DNA of 58,864 nucleotides, filler included, from Squatina squatina (GCA_031763465.1; 4 parts of 4 records of this genome joined end to end with filler, not necessarily neighbours in it); one strand, 5' to 3'; numbered from the whole stretch's first letter, positions 1 to 11,668 are shown. A program made the numbers and translations. The notes: generated by a model from the letters alone, not told the origin.

Positions 1-557
1 ACAGCGATTGACTTGTACTTTGTTCAATTTAGTATATTGTATTCGCTGCTCACGGTGCAGTCTCCTCTACATTAGGGAAACAAACGCAGATTGAGTGACT
101 GTTTTGCAGAACACCTCCATTCAGTCCGCAAGCGTGACCCCGAGCTTCCGGTTGCCTGTCACTTTAATCCTCTGCTTCATTCCCACTCTGATCTCTCTGT
201 CCTCGGCCTTTTACACTGTTCCGTTGAAGCTCGATGTAAGTTTGAGGAACAGCACCTCATCTTTCTATTGGGCACTTTACAGCCTTCTGAACTCTACATC
301 GAGTTCAACAATTTCAGACCGTAACCTCTGCCCTATATTTTTTCCTTCAGTTTTTTCTCCCTCAGCCCTTGTTTCCCTCCCGCCCTATCACCGACCTTCC
401 CTTCTGTTCTTTCTCCCCTCTCCCCTTTCCCCACCCCTGCAGGTGCTTAAAAACCTGCTACAATTCTAACTTTTTCCAGTTCTGACAAAGGGCCTTTGAC
501 CTGAAACGTTAACTCTGTTTCTCTCTCTACAGATGCTGCCTGACCTGATGAGTTTTT
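1..557 (+). mobile_element. Penelope-like retroelement 3' fragment (GIY-YIG endonuclease remnant plus terminal-repeat region)
   Basis: With a frameshift it translates as NLVYCIRCSRCSLLYI(R)ET-KRRLSDCFAEHLHSV...PVACHFN...EQHLIFLLGTLQP, the GIY-YIG domain typical of PLEs. It is followed by TTCTGACAAAGGGCC..CCTGAAACGTTAACTCTGTTTCTCTCTCTACAGATGCTGCC, a motif that recurs three more times in the window. Confidence 0.85.
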
Positions 558-657
558 NNNNNNNNNNNNNNNNNNNNNNNNNNNNNNNNNNNNNNNNNNN
601 NNNNNNNNNNNNNNNNNNNNNNNNNNNNNNNNNNNNNNNNNNNNNNNNNNNNNNNNN

Positions 658-745
658 ATTGAATACCCCTGGATGTTGAGCTCCCATCCTTGGTCACCCT
701 GGAGCCATGTCTCCGTGATCCCAACTATATCATTCTGGGTGGGTC
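658..745 (-). mobile_element. CR1 LINE ORF2 APE endonuclease fragment
   Basis: DIVGITETWLQGDQGWELNIQGYS matches the CR1 endonuclease motif; truncated by a gap. Confidence 0.8.
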
Positions 746-849
746 TGGTTAAAATCAGGACCATGATGTCAGAGCCTCATCTAATTTTAGTCATAGACAA
801 TATAGGGGTTAAATCTACTTGATTACTTGCGGTAAAATTTGTTACATAC

Positions 850-2080
850 CTTTTAGCATGTTTACAATCGGAAACCATTTCTTTTTCAGAGGATCATAAA
901 ACTCTGCATCTTGTGCTGGAGCCCCACCTCTGTAACCGCCCATCACATAGACACATCCATGCATCACCACTGAGCAGTGATAGTAACGAGCATTCAACAT
1001 TGGGCTTCCTTCTGTCCAGTTATCCATTTCTGAATTATAAATCCACATTGTATCCAGGGCCTCCAGGTTATCTGAACTGTAACCACCTGTTACATAAATG
1101 TTTGGTCCCAAAACAGAAACACTGTAACTTTCCCTTGTGTGATCGGGCATCTGTGAACCCTGTGTCCATAAATCAATCGATGGATTCCAAATGTGGACCT
1201 CTGAAAGTGGATGCCAATAATAACCACCAATTATGTACATTGCACCTGTTGACTTTTTGCAAGTCAGTGAATTCATGTTATCACTTTTATTCAGTTTTAG
1301 GACATGGCATTTTAAAGAGTGCATCTTAATGTCACTGGTGAGAAGACGCCGCCCATTCAACTCAAGTGCTGTTCTGAGGTATAATTCATCCAATTCAATT
1401 TTAATGTACTTTAACAATTCCTTCAAACATTCAATTCTATTATTCACGTCGTATGAAATCCATTTAATAATGGCTTCCAGAAGTATGTCTTCTTTCCACA
1501 CATTAAGGTTGTCCCTGGACAGAATGAAGAAGAGTTTGCCCTTGCTGATGTCTAAAAATTCATCCTGTCTTGAAACTTCTTCAAACCTAGAGAGGATCAT
1601 CCTTCGAGACTCTTTCTCTAAATCTGTACAAACATGGAATTCTCCAAAGGAATGCATTCCTAGACAATTGTCAACATCTAGATGCCTGGCCAGAAAGTTT
1701 TCACATGCCTTTTTAACAGATACAAACTGTAGGAGATCTGCAGTCTCTAACAGGCTTTGGACATTTCTTTCTGTTATTAATACCTCTGATGTGTAAACGT
1801 ATCTTACAAAGGCATCCAAGATGTTGTGTTCAATATTAGGAAGTTTAATAATCCTGGTGGCTTTTTCCCGCATATCTGCTGTGAACATTATTTTGAAATA
1901 AGTGCTGCACGCCGCCAGAGCGGCTCTGTGACAGTGAAATAACTGTCCTGAGAAACATTCCAAAGTAACATCTGTGAATAATTCATTCTGATAAAACTCT
2001 TTAAAAGCATCCAGGAATTCAGCGGAATGATTTGTATCCTTAAATTTATAGGTATATTGTTCATGCTCTTTCACAGCCAT
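850..2080 (-). CDS. KLHL23: Kelch-like protein 23, large first coding exon (BTB, BACK and first kelch repeats)
   Basis: MAVKEHEQYTYKFKD...FHCHRAALAACSTYFKIMFTADM...MYIIGGYYWHPLSEVHIW...RESYSV...NARYYHC...NMLKG closely matches recalled vertebrate KLHL23. Acceptor TTTTACAG lies 2 nt before the ATG at 2080; phase-1 donor G|GTATGT follows 850. Downstream exons are not seen in the window. Confidence 0.95.
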
Positions 2081-2140
2081 ATCTGTAAAAATAATTAAAT
2101 TTAATATTGTCATCCTCATATAGGATTGCTTTGTTTGAGT

Positions 2141-2428
2141 TCTGGCTCAGTGGTAGCACTCTTGCCTCTGAGTCAGAAAGTTGTGAGTTCAAATCCCACT
2201 CCAGAGATTTGAGCACAAAAATCTAGGCTGACACTCCAGTACTGAGGGAGTGCTGTACTGTCAGAGGTGCTGTCTTTTGGATGAGATGCTAAACCAAGGC
2301 CCTCATAGGTGAACGTAAAAGATCCTATGGCACTATTTTGAAGAAGAGCAGGGGAGTTATCCCCAGTGTCCAGGCCAATATTTATTCATCAATCAACATC
2401 ACTAAAGAACAGATTATCTGGTCATTAT
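2141..2428 (+). mobile_element. tRNA-derived SINE, SacSINE1/DeuSINE-like (5' part)
   Basis: Pol III A box TGGCTCAGTGG and B box GAGTTCAAATCCC, then a Deu-domain-like core GGATGAGATGCTAAACCAAGG...AAAGATCCTATGGCACTATTTTGAAGAAGAGCAGGGGAG...GTGTCCAGGCCAA; near-identical to the copy at 47551-47984. Confidence 0.85.
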
Positions 2429-2528
2429 NNNNNNNNNNNNNNNNNNNNNNNNNNNNNNNNNNNNNNNNNNNNNNNNNNNNNNNNNNNNNNNNNNNNNNNN
2501 NNNNNNNNNNNNNNNNNNNNNNNNNNNN

Positions 2529-4145
2529 CTCATGGAGGGGTAAAGAGGGCTGATATGTTATCATGTAGGATGGATATGGTTTGAGGGATTGCCCCTTTAT
2601 TTGAAAGTAGTGGCGAAGGAGGTAAGGCTCTGCAGTCAAAGGTAGACTGTTCCACTGAAGTGAAGATCAGTGAAGATATATGCTGTGATGCCTCTTGCAG
2701 TAAATGCTGCCCGAATCTCTGCTCCATCATGTGATCCTCTCTTACATGATAACAGCATGCCCATAGAGAAGGCCATACCTGATCTTGAGAAGCCCTCGAG
2801 GGTGACAGTTCCTGCCGTTACCCTCAGCAGAGCCAGAGCTGAGCGCGGGGGCAGTATTTTGGTCAGCAATGAGGTTGATGATGTCCTGATGATTCTCCAA
2901 AGTAATAAATCCAGACAAGGCAGACCACTGTAACTTGGAGCCAAAGGTCTCTAAAGCCCCACTCACAGCATGTGTTAGATAAGCTGTGGCTGAACGGAGG
3001 ATCTTGATCAAAGGAGAGCTCTGCTGCAGAGGGCCCTGGAGTGGCCAAGCTCTCCATGGTGGTCTGCAATGTGGACAGGTAGTAATGAAGCACTGCACAG
3101 TTGTGGGTTGTGGACTCCTGTACAGATGTCCCCAAACTGTGTTTGTTGCTGAACACACGCAAATGGCTGTGTGAACTGCTGACACTCAGCTATCAAGCCA
3201 CATTTGTAGGCTGGCCCAATGAGGTCCAATTCTGGGCTCATCAACTGCTGAAGTCCTCGAGCTGACCTGTAGCTAATGGATTATTGCTCCTCCAATTCCA
3301 CCAGCACTTGCTCCTTCTCAGTTATGCTCTCTGCTTCAGTAATTGACAATGTGGTGGATGTATCTGTGCTCGTGCTTTCTAGTGCAAGAGTGGGTGACGC
3401 AGAGTGCTGCAGGTACTCGGGTGAGTCTACAGATTGGGCTCTGCCATTTACTTCTCTTGCGAACCTATAAAAGAACAGGTTTAGAATTTTGAAAGTAAGA
3501 TATACTTTGATGAAGAGTTTATATGGGGAGATACTTCAAATGTTAGGTGACCCACCTCCTCTCTGATCCGCAAATATTGCTGCCTGTTACTATGCAGCCT
3601 TCTCCTGCAAGCATATAGAAAAGGGACACTTGGCAGAAAGAGGAATCTAGCCAACTAAATATCCAAGCCAACAGCCAGCAGGTTAGTCTGCAAATACCTG
3701 TGCTGGCAGTAGGCGAACTGTTTTTGTTCCTTGCCACATGTAGCAACTGCATTACCATAGCAGCAATACATAGTGCTCTGGTAAAACATGTGCAGCCTTT
3801 ACAATTGCGTAGTTGTCAGAGTACTGTGTATTCTCCATTTGTGATTCTGCCCCAAATACAAACTGAACTGCTGTTAACATGCCATGTAAGCCAACATTAG
3901 AAAATGAAGCTAAACGTAAGCAGAATTTACCTTAGCAGTTACCAAGAAATTTCCTCCTCCCTTTCTCTCAAATTCAGTGCAAAGGAGAGACTGCATTCAT
4001 TCTTTCAACCACCTCCATCCAAACTGTTTGGGGACTTATTACTGAAGGGAGGCATCAGCTCCAAAGAGGAGCACAGTCTTCAACACATCTCCAAAGCTGC
4101 TTCATTAAATGGAGCTATTCTCCCACATATGCTTCCTGCAGCCAT
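2529..4145 (-). mobile_element. Degenerate PIF/Harbinger Myb/SANT-like accessory gene (multi-exon pseudogene)
   Basis: ATG at 4145 gives MAAGSICGRIAPFNEAALE; after frameshifts QTVWMEVVERMNAVSPLH..EKGRRKF, then donor AG|GTAAAT at 3931. Further acceptors at about 3604 (EKAAH..) and about 3457 lead into low-complexity S/T/E-rich sequence. It has many stops. Confidence 0.6.
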
Positions 4146-4521
4146 TTCTCCTCATCAGAAGCAGGACAGTGTTAAGGACAACCAGCTCATCTTTAAAAGC
4201 TACTGGCATAGGATAGCCTACTCCTTAACCTGGGACACTCCCAATGCATCATGCGCTGAATCGCTGTGATTTCAAGCAAATAACCTTGCATTATGTGCAA
4301 CAACTAAATGTGCATGCAGCGCCCACTGCTTCAATAAATTTGCTTTAATATCAGAAAATGCACCACACACACACACAAATATTACATTATGTGTGCAGAG
4401 CAGATTTGCTGACCAAGTGGGCAGTTAATAAAGTTCTTATGAACTTTTGGCAACTGGAATTAAAATGAGATAGTTACTCAATGTGCATAATCTTCATGAA
4501 AAGTTAAAATAACTAGCTTAC

Positions 4522-4649
4522 AGCCAGTCCTGCTTCTTTTGCAAACAAGGATGCATTGATGAGGTTGACATGCTTCTCCAAGTCTCCTTTAAGCAGCCCT
4601 ACCATCACAGCTGTGGCAATACAATTTCCAGCATTTCTCAAGGACGTAC
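4522..4649 (-). CDS. PHGDH: D-3-phosphoglycerate dehydrogenase internal exon (equivalent to human exon 10)
   Basis: AG|GTACGTCC...GGACTGGCT|GTAAGC, 128 bp, encoding [43 protein letters not shown]; matches recalled human [37 protein letters not shown]. Not in the ORF track. Confidence 0.92.
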
Positions 4650-5864
4650 CTTAAAATAAAGAATAAAAATAACAATTTCAACAGTAATCCTATTCCTTTA
4701 TGAATCTTATCTCTTTCTTCGGTTTTCCTGCCTTCTGCTTGGAATCACATTGCCAGTAGAGCAAACTCTAATACTACAACATCAATAGAGTTTTAGGGTC
4801 TGTCTATTAGGATATGCAAGCCAAACAGTAACCGTGTTTTTTTTTTGCTGGACATGCACTTCCTTATTTTCTCTCTAGCTAAGTACTGGAAGTTCAAAAG
4901 TGCAGCAAAAAACTATCAAAGTTATGGAAAATGTATTAGGACTGCTCCACACCACAATCCAGATTGGAAAATCAATCAGCCACAAATCTGCTCCATTTCA
5001 TAATTGAAAAGTTTTTACTGGATGAATTTCATTATAATTGACTACCTCCGATACAGGAAAATCCATGGCCAGCTATAACCAGTACAATGGTGTATGGTGA
5101 CAAAGTCTGGCAGCCTCAACCTCGAAACAAGTTACCAAAGTGACAGGCACAGTTAGCAAAAATACTAACAGTGGATATTGTGCTTAAATTCTGGCTTCAG
5201 GCCAGGACCATCATACAAGCCAAGACTCGTGGAGGGACCGCCTGAGAGCCAGCTCATGCCGCATTCTCCTGGACCCATTCTCCTTAAACACTGCACCCAT
5301 CTCAACCATGAGCGGACTGCTCCCNNNNNNNNNNNNNNNNNNNNNNNNNNNNNNNNNNNNNNNNNNNNNNNNNNNNNNNNNNNNNNNNNNNNNNNNNNNN
5401 NNNNNNNNNNNNNNNNNNNNNNNNNNNNNNNNNNNNNNNNNNNNNNNNNNNNNNNNNNNNNNNNNNNNNNNNNNNNNNNNNNNNNNNNNNNNNNNNNNNN
5501 NNNNNNNNNNNNNNNNNNNNNNNNNNNNNNNNNNNNNNNNNNNNNNNNNNNNNNNNNNNNNNNNNNNNNNNNNNNNNNNNNNNNNNNNNNNNNNNNNNNN
5601 NNNNNNNNNNNNNNNNNNNNNNNNNNNNNNNNNNNNNNNNNNNNNNNNNNNNNNNNNNNNNNNNNNNNNNNNNNNNNNNNNNNNNNNNNNNNNNNNNNNN
5701 NNNNNNNNNNNNNNNNNNNNNNNNNNNNNNNNNNNNNNNNNNNNNNNNNNNNNNNNNNNNNNNNNNNNNNNNNNNNNNNNNNNNNNNNNNNNNNNNNNNN
5801 NNNNNNNNNNNNNNNNNNNNNNNNNNNNNNNNNNNNNNNNNNNATACAGCAACAGATTACATAC

Positions 5865-6017
5865 CACTCCAACTAGTGATCTGCCCTTCACCATGTCCAC
5901 AATTTGAGTAGCAATGTCCTTTCCACAGCGTCCCTGGGCTTCATGGGTGCTGGCACCTAGATGTGGACAGCTGACTACATTTGGATGATTCACTAGAACA
6001 AGATTCTTGGTTGGTTC
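5865..6017 (-). CDS. PHGDH: PHGDH internal exon (equivalent to human exon 8)
   Basis: TTCTCAG|GAACCA...GGAGTG|GTATGT, 153 bp, encoding [51 protein letters not shown] with the catalytic PHLGAST motif. Confidence 0.95.
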
Positions 6018-6478
6018 CTGAGAACAATAATGTAAAATACAAAACATTAAAAACAGAACTGCACGACTGCTGGTTTCCATTTTTGATGGATGAAATGCAA
6101 TGAAAATTGCACTCTACACTATAGCTAAAAAGGTGCTGTGCACTATGCTAGCAAGGAACATCAAAGCTTAAAGCTTAGTCTGATCTAACAATGAAAATGC
6201 ACAGCTTAAAACAAGATTCAGTGAATAGTCAAGTATATCTCTCACCTTCAGCATATGGCAGGAGTGTCCAACCTTTTGTACCAGAGGGCTGGAACACATT
6301 AAATTCCCTGTGCAATTTGAAGATGTGTCCAAATCACAAGACTGTGTGCTGGCAACCTACCCATTGACAAAATAAAGTCTATCATTCATTAAAAAAAAAC
6401 TCATTCATAAGAGAAAATAGGCAGTAAAGAAAACTTGGTTGTTTAATAAATACTAATTATAAAATAAACTTAAAGCTC

Positions 6479-7563
6479 TTAAGTAAATTCTTTATTTAAA
6501 AAATCTTTTTCCAGTAATTGATATTGCAGCTCGTTGATAAAGAATATATTCTTTACAGAGAAATCATGTGCAAGAGGGTTAAAAAGCATGCAGCTGCCAT
6601 ATTTTGAAGCATCTGTGTTGTGTGCGCTTCCTTTTGGCCATTTCCAGTATAAAAATTCCTCCACTTCAGATACACTTTTGCCAAACACAATGGAAGCAGA
6701 TCCCACTTTACAATAGTTTTGTTCTGAGGGCCCTTGATACACGCAGAGGTGCTGTATTACCAAGGTTGCTTTGCTTCTGACACTTTGCATGTGATCTGAC
6801 AGCAAGACAATAAACCCGTCACTAATCTGACCTGCAGACTGTGATCGGTAATAATCCGGTGGTGCATTGTACATGAGGAAACCCAGGAATGTCACTGCGT
6901 TTCCTCTGACCTCGGGTAGCACATTCCTGAAGAAGGTGGCACAGCTCCTTATGTACAGGGTGATCTGGTTGGGCAAGTCTTTGGCAATGTGCCTGGAGAT
7001 GTTGCTTAAGTAGTTCTCATAATCCAGGGTGGTCTCCTCCAAGGAAAGCTCTTGAAACATCTTGGATATATTTTCGGACTCCATTACTGGACCATAGAAA
7101 TTCAGCACGGATTTACAGGCTTTGATGACCTCATTGCTCTCATCATTGAGATGCAGCAACAAGCTGATTAACGTGGACTTGATGTGCTCCATGTGTGGAA
7201 GGTTAATTTCCACAGTCCCAAATCTGATTAGCTTCTCAAGAACGTTAAACGCCGCAGCTCTCACTTTCCCGTACAGATGTTCAAAGTAAGGCTGAACTGC
7301 CAGTGCTACGTTGCCAAGAATGGGATTTGTATAGTCCTCCGGGAGCTGATCTAGAACTTTGGAAATGCTCGACATTACCTCAGCGGCAATGAGATTCTTG
7401 TGTTTGGACTTCTCGTCAATCACAGATACCATAGTGGACAACAGTTTGACACAGTATTTGCCTATCTTTTGAGAATCTCCAATTGCAGCATTTCCCAAAC
7501 CTCGTAGAGCGAGCCATTGGACAATTGGAGACTCCTCGACCAAGCATTTAAACAAACTCTCCA
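6479..7563 (-). CDS. Intronless maestro HEAT-like repeat (MROH1-like) protein, C-terminal part; 5' end lost in a gap
   Basis: Open frame of over 1 kb with LALRGLGNAA...VQPYFE..VRAAAF...LISLLLHLNDESNEVIKACK...FFRNVLPEVRGNAVTFLGFL...LLSD...VRSKA, colinear with the recalled MROH1 C-terminal HEAT repeats; stop TAA at 6479. Confidence 0.85.
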
Positions 7564-8099
7564 NNNNNNNNNNNNNNNNNNNNNNNNNNNNNNNNNNNNN
7601 NNNNNNNNNNNNNNNNNNNNNNNNNNNNNNNNNNNNNNNNNNNNNNNNNNNNNNNNNNNNNNNTTAGCACAATTTCATTTGGTATAGCACTTGAAAATTG
7701 TCATACAAAAGTCTACATTTGTATTTGAAACTTGGAATTGTTGCCAGTAAAAACATTTGTAACAAGTCTAAACAAGTGAACTGTGACAATAGAACAACTT
7801 GAACAAAATGGAAAGGCTGCAGTAGGGTTTTACAGCATGCGTGATTAGAAATTAGTAAATGGAACCATGTTGGGCATTGCCCAGCTGTTTCTAGGTGTCA
7901 AGGGAACAAATTAATCTCCAAGGCCTATGTTAGGAGTGGGATGGAACACTTGCCTGGATGAGCACAGCCATAACAACACTTGAAGCTCAACACCATGCGG
8001 GACAAAGCAGTTTGCTTAATCAGTGCCCAGACTCTAGTCTCTCGTGCATCCCCTCCCTCTTTCTCCCACCACTGGCAGCTGTACCTTCAGCCAATCCCT

Positions 8100-8275
8100 C
8101 CAAACAGTTCCCTTTCCTCTTTTAAGAACTTCCTAAAAGTCCATTTCTGACCAAGCTTTGGTCACTCCTCCTAATCTTCCTTTCTTTGGTTTGACATCCA
8201 TTTTTCTTTATGCCTCTGAAGTACATTGGAACAGTTTTCTCTGTTAAAGTTGCTATATAAATGCAAATTATTTTT
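8100..8275 (+). mobile_element. L2 LINE 3' tail fragment (degenerate)
   Basis: ...TTTAAGAACTTCCTAAAAG..TGACCAAGCTTTGGTCAC...GTTAAAGTTGCTATATAAATGCAAATT resembles the 3' tail shared by L2 and the SINE family. Confidence 0.55.
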
Positions 8276-8588
8276 GTTGTAGAGGATTATTGTCTGTTTT
8301 TAAAAATTAACCACTGAGGCACATACTCCCTTTCCTTTCCTTTCCCACCTCATTCCAGTAATGTCAGCACTGGTTTTCCACTGGACCATCACAAGTTTGG
8401 GACATGGGCTACACATCACTCTACTCCTATTAATTTTCTGTAGTTTTGCCTCAAAGGGAGATTTATTTTGTTCACCTATAAGATTACACTGCTCATCATT
8501 AACCAAAGTGAGTAAGGCTGATGGTTTCTTTATCAATCTTTTTTTGTAAATGGTTAATTTCTTGCGTCTCACCATACAGTGGTATTAC

Positions 8589-8687
8589 CTTCATTCCAAA
8601 TGATTGCATTCTAGTTGCTACTTCCTTGCCAATTCTTCCAAGTCCCACAATTCCAAGGGTTTTCCCATATAGCTCCATGCCCATGAA
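8589..8687 (-). CDS. PHGDH: PHGDH internal exon (equivalent to human exon 5), NAD-binding GxGxxG motif
   Basis: TTGATAG|TTCATG...ATGAAG|GTAATA, 99 bp, encoding [33 protein letters not shown]. Confidence 0.95.
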
Positions 8688-9195
8688 CTATCAAGAAATG
8701 AAGATCAAGATAATCTGATTAAGTTGCAAACTTAAAACATTACAGTGAACTTTAAAACATGGGAAATATGACTAACACATCTCCTGCTNNNNNNNNNNNN
8801 NNNNNNNNNNNNNNNNNNNNNNNNNNNNNNNNNNNNNNNNNNNNNNNNNNNNNNNNNNNNNNNNNNNNNNNNNNNNNNNNNNNNNNNNTAGTGTACTTGA
8901 CAATTCAAATTCCTTTCTGAATGCTTTAACAATGTAAAAGTCAGACTTACAGGGAAAGGGTGCAATGGCCATAGAATGCAATGTGGAAAAACTAAGTCAC
9001 TCCAGACTCATTATTAGCTACTGATAATTTGCAGAAATTAGAGTGCCCAAGAAAAGTGTTTTAATCCTACAGTAATCATGATATTTCTATGAAGTACACA
9101 ATCTTGAATTATAATCAAATGAAAATAAAATGTGGGTGTAAAAGTCTGATTTTGGTTTGTGCAGGTTTACAAACAAATCTACGAAAGAGATTTGT

Positions 9196-9601
9196 TTAAG
9201 TCTTCAAATAATTTTTCAAATATGATAGGATTTCTTTACCTGAAGACCATATCACAATCGATGGCTGTATGGAATCAGAGTCTGCAGCAACCATTTCATG
9301 AATCAGTTTTTCTAACTTGTACCCTTTTCTGACCATAGCAACATCACACTTCTTCAACCCTTTAATGGGGCACAAATCATTTGCTCCATCACCAGTATAA
9401 ATGATTTTTTTATACTGTACTCCTACTTTAAGTTGATCAGCAACAAAGTCATCTAATGCTTTCTTCTTACATAGATTATCAGGGCATTGTGGACAGTTAT
9501 GAGAATGAAAATTCTTAATTATAAGATGACATTGTTCATCAAAAGTTGCTGGATTTGTAAGAATGCTGTTAAATGCCAAGATGCTATTTGTAACTTCTAA
9601 G
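9196..9601 (-). CDS. PHOSPHO2: Pyridoxal phosphate phosphatase PHOSPHO2, C-terminal half (5' part in a gap)
   Basis: TNPATFD...HSHNCPQCPDNLCKK...IIYTGDGANDLCP...DVAMVRKGY...IWSSGKEI carries the HAD GDGxND motif and lacks introns; adjacency to KLHL23 and CCDC173 favours PHOSPHO2 over PHOSPHO1. Confidence 0.9.
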
Positions 9602-10620
9602 NNNNNNNNNNNNNNNNNNNNNNNNNNNNNNNNNNNNNNNNNNNNNNNNNNNNNNNNNNNNNNNNNNNNNNNNNNNNNNNNNNNNNNNNNNNNNNNNNNN
9701 NCCTTTATTGGTACTTTATTCATTTTTTTCACTTTCAATTATGCTTAAAGCTACTTATGCCATTATAATCACAGTTGACTGCCATGCAAGGTATACAGAG
9801 TATAGAGTAAGGCTATCCTTACTAAAGTTATCATTTTTACCTGAAAGGTATCCTTGTTGTATGAATATCATATAAAAACATAAATGTAAACTTCTTAAAA
9901 ATAGATGTGAATATGGGCATATACCCTTCTTGTGGCTACTGATAAATAACATTTCAGACCAAGGCTTAAGAACGACAGTCCCCACCTTGAACACCATCCA
10001 CACTTATCACAGGTAGCCACCTATTTAGGACAAATAATGCTAAACATTTGCCAGTACCATAGGAGCCAATTAGAAAGGTAGTGCTTTGACTGAGGGGAGT
10101 TCAAACAATTCTCTACACCTCATTAATCCCTCTATTTACTGCTTCATAATGCCCCTAAACGTGTGCGATGTTCATTATTTTTTATGCACTGGGGATTTCT
10201 GAGATAAACTGTTCCAAATTAAATTGGAGATGTGTGGTTACAGAAACAAAGACATTGGGGATTAAAATATCTAAAAGAAATCGCTAGAACCTCGAGCGAT
10301 ACAAAAGCCGGACAGTACTTGTAGACGGGAGCACGTATCCTGAAGTTATTGGATCTGGCCACAATAGGGTGCATGAAGATGAATGAAAACACATTAGTGT
10401 TTTAAGTTTGTTTGGTTTAAACTTTACATGTTCCGCTGTTGGCCTCAAACATGAGGCACTGATGATTAGTTCCTATTGAATCAGAGATTTCTTTTACCAT
10501 CCACTACTTACAGCAGGTAAATCATGTTAGTAACAATGCTTTTGCTATAAGCGGTGGGAACTGCACTTAACTTTTTTGAACTTTTGTATTACATAATTGA
10601 TGTTTTGGGAATTTTAGCAG

Positions 10621-10841
10621 AGATTTATGACAAACCCAATGACTCTGATGGATTACACTTTCCAAATTTGGTGGACCTTCGACAAGTTACAATACTTCCA
10701 AAAGCAGAATGGCAACGAATGCAGGATGAACGGGATGGCATAAATAAAGAGACAGAACTTTTACGTGCCCAAATGGAAGAAAGAGAAGCCTTACACTTAA
10801 AATCTAAAGAAGTGACTAAACACTGGACAAACACCATTGCA
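10621..10841 (+). CDS. CCDC173: CCDC173/CFAP210 early coding exon
   Basis: TTTTAGCAG|AGATT...ATTGCA|GTAAGC; LVDLRQVTILPKAEWQRMQD...EALHLKSKEVTKHWTNTIA matches recalled CCDC173 (VDLQQVTII..EWKRIQD..HLRSQEVVKHWTNT). Confidence 0.88.
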
Positions 10842-11374
10842 GTAAGCATACTTTAAATATCCTGCACCACTTTTCTGTTGTTATTGTATTGTACAAAATT
10901 ATACCACTTTATTGTTTGCTTGTATTCTTCTATTAGTTAAAATAGAAAAAGAAAGTGAGTGTTTATATTCCTAGAATTTTACTGTGCTTACAGTACTATA
11001 GCATTGCATTTCTACTGTGCTCCAAAGTACAGTTAGGTTGCTTTTCCAATCCATTATGCCTGATAAACAGATGTAAAGTGAGCGCAACCAATCAGAAAAG
11101 GTGGGGGACGGGGACGGGTGGGGGTTTGTGACTTCATTCAGCACCACATCCAATTTCCCAGTAGTAGTCTTAGGTATTGCCCTCAGTTTGCCACTGGATT
11201 TATGCAAAAGTGGGCTACATCACTGAGATGTGCACGCTTTTTCGAATCATTTCTACAATTGGACAGACTGGGTGGGAAAGGAATGGATAAATGCCCCACT
11301 CCATTTGAACATCCCCCTGCCTGGTTTCTGGCAGGCGGGGGAGTTGAAATCGACCAGACTGTATGATACCTTGA

Positions 11375-11513
11375 CAGAGAAGGTATTATTGGAGACTTTC
11401 AACGTTCAACCTTTTTTGAGGAAGTTGCTAGTTTGGTAGATGTAGGCAGCCTGGTTGACACTGTATACTTACATTTTCAAAAACCTTTTGACAAAGTACC
11501 GCACAATAGGCTA
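11375..11513 (+). mobile_element. CR1 LINE reverse transcriptase fragment
   Basis: VDTVYLHFQKPFDKVPHNRL corresponds to the RT motif VDxxYLDFxKAFDKVPH. Confidence 0.8.
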
Positions 11514-11668
11514 NNNNNNNNNNNNNNNNNNNNNNNNNNNNNNNNNNNNNNNNNNNNNNNNNNNNNNNNNNNNNNNNNNNNNNNNNNNNNNNNNNNNNNN
11601 NNNNNNNNNNNNNAACCTTTGTTTAGCAGTCAATACGCTGTTAAAACCCCAATTACATCTCATCGCTT

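Noticed and set aside
913-1796. Plus-strand ORFs of 138 and 187 aa
   Set aside because: Antisense to KLHL23 with no recognisable features.
2141-2210. tRNA-like A/B boxes (also at 47920-47984 and about 27720)
   Set aside because: These are SINE heads continuing into SINE body, not tRNA genes.
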